DNA of 64,000 nt, taken from the NCBI RefSeq assembly GCF_964355755.1, contig NC_092675.1, positions 801,812 through 865,811 on the forward strand, given 5' to 3'. Positions within the stretch are counted from its first letter, which is position 1; every line of letters begins with the position of its first letter. The stretch is from Antedon mediterranea. Taxonomy: Eukaryota > Animalia > Echinodermata. Below the pieces are notes generated by a model. It saw only the letters and a list, made by a program, of their open reading frames with translations, was not told where the DNA came from and ran no database searches. The position numbers and the translations under genes were made by a program. Below are positions 27,201 through 39,200 of the stretch, piece after piece.

Positions 27201-30200
27201 AGCTTTTCCTGAAAATCAATAGCAAAATTCTATTTTGCCAAGTAAAAAGAATCATTAAAAAATATAAATATCAATACAGGGTTGATCTTCTTCACAGTCA
27301 TGGCCGCAGTATCCGGGTGGACAATAGCATAGATATGTGTTGTTGTCTTGTTCCATGCAAATACCATCATGAAGACATGGATTAGGTTCACAAGAAGAGG
27401 TACCTGTCAATCAATAAGTCACTAAATCAATAATTAACTAAGCATCAACAAAACAGAACTAATAAACAAGCTGAAATGAAGACTTTTTGGTATGAAATTG
27501 TCTTGAGACATTGGCCGAAGATTACATTTATTTATATTTTTTCTACTGCCTTTTTGAATTTTTGTATTGCTATATATGAGTCTGTATAATAAAGATTTTT
27601 TGAATTGAATTGAATCAACAAACATGGAAAGAACTAATAACAAGAATAGGGCAAGAATTGAAGCATGGAAATAACATGAAGTGGTAAATCCAGTTTGGCT
27701 ATTATTTTTCTAAGATAGATTATTCAAATATGGAAATAGGTTTGGTGGTACGAAATGTACTGAATATTACCTTCTGTTGTGCTGTAGAGGGCTGTAGGTC
27801 CGAATGTAGGGGTCATTCCATCAATAATACACTGAATAGGGTCCTCTTGTTGTGGTCTGAAGCCCGGTTCAAGGCACTCATACCAAACAATGGTACCAAC
27901 ATCATAGTTGGATGTTGATTGATATTGGATGGCATTATTAGGTGTTCCAGGGTCTTCACATTCTGTTGCTGAAACGTTAAAAAAATACCATTTTTTAAAT
28001 TGCTTTTGTTGTTACTGAAGTTGATGTGCTCTTAAAGTATTAAGATGAAAATTTCGACCATCAAGAAATAATAAATATGAAGTATGCTTACGTTGACAAA
28101 TACAATCTGTTCCATTCCACCAGCCAAAGCCCCATCCCCAGCCCCATCCCCAGCCATAACCCCATCCAATGCAACCAATACCGGCTCCATCTCCTCCACC
28201 TCCACCACCCCCTCCTCCTCCACCACCTCCATCACCTTGTTCTCCAGTACAGGCACAAATTTCACCTTGACCTCCTCCACCACCTCCTCCTCCGCCTCCA
28301 CCTTCACCCCAGCCTGTGCCTGGAGGACATTCTACAAGAAAATCAATAATAGTGATCAATATATTATACATTTATTTAAAAATCTCTTGCTCTCTTTCTA
28401 GAGCTTTGTTATTGTATACCTTCACAATAGCCAGGGCTCCCACTCCATATCCCATTTTCAAGGCAGTACCTCACCAGAGGTCCATGGTACCCATATGTTT
28501 CATCACATTTGGTATATGCTTCACTTCCAAACGTTGTAAGGTTATTCTGGTATGTTACACTGCCATACTCAGGTGCCATCATTGCTCCACAATCAACAAC
28601 TGTAAGAGGAAAAAAAAATTTGTATCGGAAAACTTCCCTTAATTAACATAATAATGAATAAAACGTGTATAAAAAGTAGGTATACTTAATTTCCCTTTAT
28701 TTATTTTATCCCTTTTGACCCCAAGATTTATTAAACTGTTACAGAAATACATGGAAATGATTGGCTGTATCCTACTTACTTGTGCATTTTGGTTCAAAAT
28801 CTGACCAATCATAATGATTGTTACCAGTGTCCTCACAAATACGATTACTTGGTCCTGTAAGCGTATAACCTTCATGGCAGTTGTAGCTAACTTGTGAAAG
28901 ACAAGAGTAAGACTCCAAAATAGGCTCATAGAAGCCATCATCCACTTGTGATGGTGGAAAACATTCAATACCTATAAACAAGATTGGCATTATGGTACAT
29001 ATTTTAAAATGCAAAAATTCTGTGTACTACATTACTTAAACACGCATATTTATCTTGTAATTGTATGTTTCTGTCCAAGAATTTTCCATTTTATTTCATA
29101 TCCACAAAAATTAAAATCAATCGTGTGCAATATAATAAACTAAATTCATATTAAAGGCATGAAAATGGAAATATAAGTTCGACCTTTGGTTACTTTTTTT
29201 GTGTTACCCTGAATTCATTCTTTGTAATTTATATGTTGTGTTATTTTGTGAATTCGAATAAAGAAATAAAATAACAATTAAAAAAAAAAAATATATTTTA
29301 GTAAAAATATGTGATTCTCCAACAACTCATACAGAACCTGTACATAAATAATACCTATACAGCTTGGAAATTCAGAATCAAAGCCATCACTGCCACATGA
29401 CAAGACAGCATCATCACCAACAAGCTCATAGCATGGATCACAACGGAACTCTATAGTATCTCCCATAGGGATGGCGATGTCAGTAACAACCTCAACTCCA
29501 TCGAGTACAATAGTGCCTATATAGTTGTATGTTTTATCAGGAAGAATAACTACGCCATTCTCAATCTTTACTGGAACTGGGCAAAGGTTAGCTACATTCA
29601 AAATAAAACGTTATTTTTTAACCGTTAGCAATTCTATATAAATAGTATGATGCTTATCTATTTCATGCAACAATACTAAAAAAAGAAGTAAAGTATGATT
29701 AAAGTTGGTTATGATAATGATCCATGGTTAAAGTCACTTACAAACACACGTTTTGCCAATAACATAGCTGTCTTCATTTGAGTAGCCTGACTCGCCTGGT
29801 GGTAGATAGTAACCATTGGTTCCATTCATAACATAGAGATCATATCCTGGTTCACATGAACAGTTATAGCTTGCTGGATAATTATGACAGAGTTGATTAC
29901 AGTCATTAAGGTTTTCATCATCGCATTCATTGATATCTAGAAGAAAAAAAGGAAAATCCGATTTCTCAATAAAGAACTTTTACGAACAACTTCAATCAAG
30001 ACAAGACTTTTTGTAGGCTTTGGAAGTTATTAAAAAAAAGCACACGGTGCCATCGTCACCACTGTTGGGTTCACTCTAGATGCTTAGAAATTGAATCGTC
30101 AGACCATCACTTACCAGTTAATCATTAATCCAACCAATTAAGTTATTACATGTGAAATGTGTCAGAAGACACAAGAAACATTTTGGCCAGTTAGGTTCGC

Positions 30201-33200
30201 TTTACACACTTTGCATCATCATTCAGATGAAATGTGTATCATTGATTTGTTCATTTGAGAAAAAAGATAGTCTATTGGTTCGTTTAAAGACTCAGGGAAA
30301 GTCTAGGACTAAAGAATATTTCATGAGTAAAGTTTATCTTTATTGGGATTAATACAGATGTATAGGTTTTTAGTACTGTTATTCAAAAATAGATACACTA
30401 CCATCGCAGGTTGTTATGTCTTGTCCGTTATTAAATTGATAACCAGGTGGGCAAATACAAGAGTACGATCCTTGAATGTTGCGACATGTAGCAAGACCTT
30501 TACATCTGTTATCACCCTCACATTCATTTATATCTAATAATAAAACAATGTTAGGATATTTAAAATAAGAAATGTTGAATGAGCTGCAATGAACACTTCT
30601 TCATAATACAATATAATATACTAGTAACTTTAATTTCTAGAAAATTTTAAATATTTTTTAATCAAATTGTTTGAACTCTTTTCCTACCTATGCAACTTGG
30701 GAGTGGATCATCCCATGTTGTGCCTTCACATTTGACAGTTCTATCGGCGCCCTCGGGTAATTGGTAGCCTCCGTAGCACAACGCAGTGGTTGTTTCACCA
30801 ATGGTAAATGGTGCGCTCGTGGCCAAGTAAGTGGTAAAGTCATTGTACTCAGGAACCGGGCAATTAACAGCTTAAAAGAGAATATAATGGAAATTTTTAT
30901 AATACCATCCAAACAAACTATTTTCACATAATTGTATGTAGCACAGCTATTAAGCCTACGGGGCTACTATCTATATATTCTGTTTTGGAAGGGTGTACAA
31001 ATTGATAGTGATTGGTAGTTATGTATGACTTCTCACAAGAATGAATCATAAAAAAAACAAAACAACATAGACATATCATTGTGTCACTTAACATTGACAC
31101 CTAAAAGAAATGGATGAGAATAAAATTTGAATCTTGAATCTTTGAAATATGTAGTACCAAGACCTTACCGACACACGAAGGAGGACCGGAAGACCATTCA
31201 GCGTTATCTTGACAAACACTATATGTTGATCCGCTTGGACTGTACCCAGGATCACATCCATAACTAACAGGCGAGTTTATTGGCCAGACTTGGCTGCTGG
31301 TGTCAACAATGTATCCATTCTCTGGAACAGTTGGTTCATTACAAGAAGCCACTAACAAAATAAATAACAAATTAAAACAAATATATATTCTGTATGTTAT
31401 GTTGTATTCTCATTCACTCAATAATTGTTATTCACTATATAAACCAATGAGGGCACCATCATCCTTTGTTGAAATATCACATTAATTAACATAATATTGC
31501 TGTGTCTACATGCAGTAGGAATCTGCAATTTTTCACTTTTTTCCTTCAAGCATTCCCATATTCTGTTATTTCAGTAGGGATAGAGTATATCTCTTGTTTG
31601 TTTTACAAATCGTAAACTAATTTGAAAAAAAAAGTGTGATGTGCTCAAATATGGTATAGTGATATGCCGAAAGATGGTACATCATCATGTCAATATATGG
31701 GCATATCAAATGAAGTTTGAGACTGTAGACAGAGCTTTAGTTTGAAGCACATACAGGTACATCTAGGATATACTGGTCCCCATGTGGTATCAGCTTGACA
31801 ATAAACAGATGCTGTGTTTTCAATCTTGTAGCCAGCATTGCATTCATAGATTGCTTCTCCACCATACTCCCTACTGGAAACTGCTACCAGTCGACCATTG
31901 CTGATGGTGCTTGGCTGTCCACAACTTATTTCTGTGATAGTCCAGGAAGAGAAAAGTTTTGTATATATATATTTTTATTTTGAATTATGTCTTGGTAGTT
32001 AATAATTGTTAACTTGTTAAAAAGTTTGGAAACATATCTATCAATAAATATTGTCATAGCTAGAACTTTAGAATACGTTATGTGCACAGTATTGCGTACA
32101 TATATTGCATACACATTTCCAAACCTTACGCTAGCTGAACTGCAAAAACTTCATTGTCATAAAGTTTTATAGATATTTGCTACAGTTGGGTAAAATAATT
32201 ATGGATGTACTGTTAAAAATGTTTAGATAAATAAGGCATAAATAAGATACCAATGAAAAATGGTACCAACCTGTACATGATGGTGGGGCACCATGTCCAT
32301 CATAGACATAGCTCCACAATCCTTGGTAGTCACATGTTATTGTATTATAACTTGCATCAGGATTATAATAACCATTTCCACATGTGATAGCGACAACTGC
32401 ACCCCAATTCCGGGATGTTGTACTCAGTGTGGAGCCATCATCTAAGTTCAACTGAGGGCAGTCTAATTTCAGAAATAATTGTACAGATTAAAGCAATTGC
32501 TTTCTTTATTTAATTAGTATTTTCACCTACAAATTGTAATGGAGTTATAGCTTGGTGAATAATGCTCTTGCCTTTCAATCACAAGATCCAGGGTTCAATC
32601 CTGACCAACTTATTGCTTATTGTTGTTACCCACGATTATATACAACTCTACTGAAGCCTTAACAACTACACTCCCTAAGATTTAGTTTATGATACACTTC
32701 CTGGGCCCTAACTGGTGAGTAAACGTGCTGTTCTAATATACCATTTCTGGAAAGGTTTTATATTATCATTTGAATCTTTCAGACCTCTATTTTCAATAGT
32801 TTCCAAAACCTAGTTCTTGCAAATGGTTTCAGAAGATTTGAAGAAATATTACATTAATTAAAATAGAATGGACTGACCTTTTGAATACCTAGCATAAAAT
32901 CCTGATTTTGTTCTACTTCTGCTAGAGACAAATAACAGTGAAAGTTGTGGTCCAGTGGTGTAGATGTCTCCAGGCACATGATCTCCTCTACTACTTCCTG
33001 TCACTCGCGTGATAAAACCACTAAAAACATCACCACTATCATAAACCTAGGAAATGTATTTAGTTAACATTGTGGCATTGAAATAAACTGGCTAATCCTT
33101 GCTTACCATCTTGAAAATACATTATTTCAAAATAATTAAGAATGAAAATAAAGTGAATACAAATAAAATACTTATTTGTAATAGGCAGATGAAATTATAT

Positions 33201-36200
33201 ACACTGTCTTGATTCTCAAACTTTACATTTACTAGAAAATTTTAAATTACAAAATATAGACGTACATTTACATAGTCATCCTGAGTTCCGTCCTCAAACT
33301 CAATCTGCTCAAACCGGAGTGTGAAAGCTTCTCCAGATGGCTCAGTAATAAACCAAGAACACTGGATATCTTCTGGATAATCATGGACTCCATATCCTGG
33401 AGAGGTTATTTCTCCATACCCATAGGAAATATCTATACCCTCACAACCTGTTAAAGAGATAATAGTAAGTATAAAGATATTTCTGCATAATTAATATTAT
33501 TAAGTATATGATTTCAGTAAACGGTAGTGAGAAAATAGGAAAACACACAAATTAATAATACAAGGCAACATAAAAAACCAATGATCATTTCAATAAAATG
33601 TTAATTCTTAACTTCTTACCTAACCAGTATTTGGCGGTGAATCCAAAATATGTCGTCAGAAAATTTGAGTAAAAATTCACCATCATGTACTTGTGTTTGC
33701 CAGAGGAGATAATCACACGTGGAAGTTTATTACCCGAAAACCAATCAAATAAATGTTTATTATCTATTTTCTGTTCATCATATACAGTGACGTAATCAAG
33801 GTCGGGTTCGGTTTTAAAATCCAGAAACTTTTGGAAAAAAATTACAAAATTGTAAAAATTAACTTTTATAATTAAGGTCACTTTTCATATAAGCATATTG
33901 AGTATATGCTTTGAAAATAAAATATTTGAATAAAAAAAAACAGGTTTTATACTCAAAATAATTAGCTTCTTTATGTTTCTTCGAGAACAAGTTTAAATAT
34001 ATTCTAGAGAAAACGAATTCACTAAAATCTCTATTTTTAATCATTTTGTAAATGTGTCCTTTGTTGTTGAAATTGAAATAAAAACTTGCACCAATATAAA
34101 TAAGATCAACCAACTTTATTATTATCATTTTTAAAAATAACATTTAACTACTTTTTATATGTATTTTTAATATTTGTTTTTAATGTAATTTTGTTGTATA
34201 AAACTGAACTTTGAAAAACATTACACAAGTTCTGAAAGTGTATAAAGTATAAAGAATAAAATAAATAAATTCCCTTTTGACAAATTGCAAACAAATGTGA
34301 AAAAAGATTGATTTCTCCACATATATAAAACAATAAACTTCAAATGTTTAAATTGTGAAGGAAATATGTTTGATTTAATAAAAAAGTGTAAAGTGTAATT
34401 ACACCTTTACATGTAGTTAACAAATCAGGTAAACATATTGAATAAATATTGATTTATCCACATATATAAAACAATAAACAATTAAACATTTGTGAAGGAA
34501 AGATGTTTAATAAATAAAAAATACATTATAATACCTGAAGTGTAATTACACCTTTACATGTAGTTGTAATTAGTTCAGGTAGACATATACCACTGTTACT
34601 TCCACTTCCACTGTCGCTACATTTATCACTCTTGCTACCTTTGCTTGAATGACTGGTGATTGAACCATCTACCTCAACTGCACACGTTGTAATGATCCAA
34701 TAACAGCGAACATTATTTGGATAGTTCAATCCCAGCAAGTAACCAGGACTATTTAAGTACTTTGCTGTGGTGGTTGCTTGAACATTTCCACCACAATTAT
34801 CTTCAACTGCATAAATAGAGAAATGAAAGCCTAATGTTTCATTGAAATACACGGTCACTTATAATTTTACATAGTTGTACTGATAAGCAATTTTTAATAG
34901 CATAGATTCTTGCCATTTAAAGAGCTTGTTAAAAATTAACACTTAGTTAAAAACTCATAAACATTCAGTATATACCCAAACACACCAGGCTACTTTCTAA
35001 ACTTTTAATTAATTAATCCACTACTTTTATCATGAATAAAATGCAAAGTCATTTAAAAGGGCGGCGCTCAGGATTTGGCTGTGGAGTAGCATACTCTCAA
35101 AATGTTTACAAAAAGCTGACCATGCAATAGAACAATTTAACATCACCATTAAATATCATTAAATGTGCAATAGAACTAATAATGAATGACACATTGTACA
35201 AATTAACCAATAAACTTGCCTGCTTCCCAGTTGAGTCTAAATCCAGTGTAACTGACTGCCTGGTTTGATTTGAACGTCACAGTTGCAGAGTTGCTTGTAG
35301 TCAATGGCACATTCTCCTGGTCACTTGAACCGGAATATTCTGAAAGCCAACTGAGGTCATACACTGTCACCACATCATAGCCTTGTTGCAGGTCCAAGGT
35401 ATCAAACTGAAGAAGAATTATTATTATGGCGTTTTATTGTGAAAATAAATATTAACAATATAATATTGATTTTTAAAGCTTATCGGATAAATAGAAAAGG
35501 ATAGTGAAGATTTAGACCTGTAAAATATGGAATATAAAAAGAATATAGTTGTGAGCTGGTAGCTAAAGAACATTAAATAAGAAAGTTCAACCTAACCATA
35601 ATATGGAAAATAACTCTAAAAGTTAGGCCTATGAATGATTAGGTATATTATATGCACAACTTAAACACTCAACTGAGTGTATGTGTACAGTAGGTTTTGT
35701 ATCCAAGCTTCTAAAAAAATTGACAAAGGAACAATACAAATATATTCTGATGTCAATCGTTGCTGTGTACACACACTATTCTTTCTTATTTGTACATTGT
35801 CTATTCATCAAGCGTGTCCAACAGTTTTTCATGTTATGACCAGAACTTGGATTACTTTTTTTCTTTTTTTCCTTAGAAGTTTTGTTTGATTAGAGGGAGA
35901 GAAGTTCATTTGAAACCTGTACACAAATGTTTTAATGTCATCTGAGAAGTAAAATATCATATTTATGAAGTGCATGTAGTCAAACATGTTCTTTTCAATA
36001 ACATTATCTAACATACAGTTGCGACCAACATTATCAATAGGAAGAAAAATGTAATAATGCAATAGTTACAATATCATTCTTTATTTATTTTTATTATTTA
36101 TTAAGGGCAGCATACTTTTAAGGTATTTTTACAAAAATAAAGGATACTTACTGTACCTTTTAAACTAACTAAGAATAAGAATTGTCTCCACAATTCTTCA

Positions 36201-39200
36201 ATTATGTAGGCCTATTTATTTATTTTTATCCATGCAAAATGAAAAAGAAACCATTGAAAATAAGGTTTTACGAAAGAAAAAAGAAATTATTTTTGATTCT
36301 AGCATCATTCTAGAGTTCATTGCCTTAAATAGAATATGGAATATTTAACTGAAACCAAATTTCAAAATAATAGAACACAGTAACCACCCCTTCCCAATAT
36401 TTGACCCCTTATTGTCATTTGTTTGCCAGTCTTCGTCTATAGATCAATATTTACAGAATGGGCTAACAAATCATATTCCTTAACTTTAGGTCAGATGATG
36501 ACCCAGTTGAATATACTTTTAAAAAACAAAAATTTATACTTTAAAAAAGTTATGGTATGTACACATATGTACTGCATGTTTTTGTGCATCAGCAGTGGTC
36601 TTTAAATGTAAGCCACCAATTCATTGAGACGGTTATTAGGCCTACCACAAATGTTTTTTTCATCGTGTCTGTCTATATCATAATTAAGCAGAATTGATAG
36701 ATAAAGCAAATACATAAAGTGTACATTTTCTTACAGTAAATGATATTTTGGTACCAACTGGAGTCCTTATGGCCCAGGTGCATTCTAGTAGTGGTGGATA
36801 TTCTATAGGGTACCCTGGACTTGAAATGCTACCTGATATTCCGTCGATGTAACTACCACAGGAACCTGAAAAAAAAATTATTATTACGTCATATGTTTTA
36901 TATTCAAATAATTTAATTTCAAGTCCATGTTGTTGTCGAATACTTGGCACAACTTGAAATGATTATGAATATTTAAAAAAAGTGACTAAAGAAAGAAATA
37001 AAAAATAAACTTTGAGTTTCCAGAAATAAAATTAATATTCTATTTCAAATAATTCAAATAAATAAATAAATAAAAAAAATCTCCTAAATGACTTTCTAAA
37101 GGATATCTTTAAATATTTATTGACTTAAGTAAGATACTTTACTTTTCTCACTTAAGTAAGGTTGTTGAATACATTCATTCATTCATGCCCGAAGGCTTTT
37201 CTTCAATAACTAGGCCTCCAGCCATTTTAACATAAAAATCATAACATTTAACGAGGGTTTTATAATACATCTCTATACTGGAAAGCATAATAAACCACTG
37301 AATAAACCACTGTAGTACTGTAGAGTAGTATATAGAACAATACAAAATAACCCATTTTTTAGCTCTAAACTTGTATTTATGAGCCAGAGACAGTAACAGT
37401 CAAAACAAATATCTTACCAGTACATGACAACTCATCCGCACTGTCTGTGCAATCTGATGTTCCATCACACACCCAAGAAGGTGAAATACACTGGCCACTA
37501 GTAGGACAGCGAAATTCACCTAAAAGAATTTTTTCATTTTATCAAATGTTCAGTAAATTTGTTAAATTCAACAACTTGATTAATAAATATCAAGAAACTG
37601 AGTTGTTCTAAAGGGAGTTAAACCAGAGTAGAGATTCTATTTTTTAACCTCATATTGCCATTTTATGTTGTTTTATGGCAATAAATAAGGAGTTGGTCTA
37701 AGATTCAAAAATACTTTTACCCTGTTTCACACAATATGGAGTGGAGTTGTGGCTTGGTGGTTATAATGCTTGGCTACCACTCCAAGGGTCCTGGGTTCAA
37801 GTTTTTCTAAGGACAAAATTACAACTCCGCTCCCAAAGACTTGTAATAAGACTTTGTTTATGTAGAGCATTGTATATATGTTTATCTTGCGAACCTCTGA
37901 GGGTCCCTAATAATCAGCAATTGCTTGATGGATAATAATTTAATGGCAATTTAATTATACTTACCAACTTCACAAGCATCCAGTTGGCAAACAAAAGGAT
38001 TTAAGTTATTGCAATCGGCATATTCCCATTTATAGCTTTCCTCTTCAAGAATCATTTCGGCACAACCCTCCAGTCTGTCCACTGGCTGCAGGTCAGCCCA
38101 CTGACCATTGTATGTTGTGGATGAAATACCATCAGACCACATATAATTACCATTTGTACCCCAGAAGCCTAGAAATTATAACATTTGTATTAAAATTAAG
38201 TTCATGAGTCAACAAAGGTGTGTGCTATTTAATATTTAAGATCAATAGGCATGGGTTGTTGTATACTATTCGTGTACAAACAAACTCCATGATGACATTA
38301 TAAAATGTTTGTACGTTATCATTCAAACAAAAACAAACTAACATACAAACATACCTCTTTTCCTATGTAATATTAATAAAACTTTGTTCTGGTCAATTCA
38401 GAGGATAATAATCTGAAGTACAGTAAGTATGTGAACTACCATATACTTTTCAATTATGGTACGTACTTCCCTAGGTCTCAGGATTAAGATCTATTGTAAA
38501 AACTAGATCTTCATCCATCACTATTATACACTCCTTCAACCCACTCTATTGACATTTAACCTGGAAGTCAATTTTCCACAATGTACTTTGAACTATTTTA
38601 TTATAAATTTGTTATTCAAATGTTACAGATGTCTACGTACCAACCCAAATTGTGGAATCATCATAAATTCCGGTTGCATTTTCTGCGATTTTGGCTGCTA
38701 TCAGATTATCAGAATAATCATTGATAATCACTATATGTGCTCCAAATCTAAGGAAACAAATTAAAATTAAATAAAGTTTTTTCTCTTTTTTTTTCATTCA
38801 AAGAGCATTATTATTATATTATTATTTGACTTTAGGCATTAATTGAATGTCTGCTCAGACAGACTGATTTAATTTCGTTTTACTGTATCTGTTTGCAAGA
38901 TAGTGAAATACTACTGCAGTAGGCTACTTACTGTTGACATACATTTTCAGCATCCTGCCATGGTAACCTGTTAGAAAATGCCTTAAAACATCTACCAACT
39001 TCTAGAATCCACCCTTCAAAAGCAAAAACCAAAAATGACTGTCAAACACATTCATCAACACATAGTTCGAGTTAGGCACACAGGCACAGAACAAATTCTA
39101 AACTGCCCGGTGACGGTGAAAATGTATTAATTAACTTGAAATGATAAGATGAGAAAATCTGTGAGATTTCCCAACCAAGATTCAAACCCGGAACCTTCTG

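Noticed and set aside
28077-28401. His-rich and Ser/Thr-rich + strand ORFs
   Set aside because: Antisense shadows of the Gly/Trp exon.
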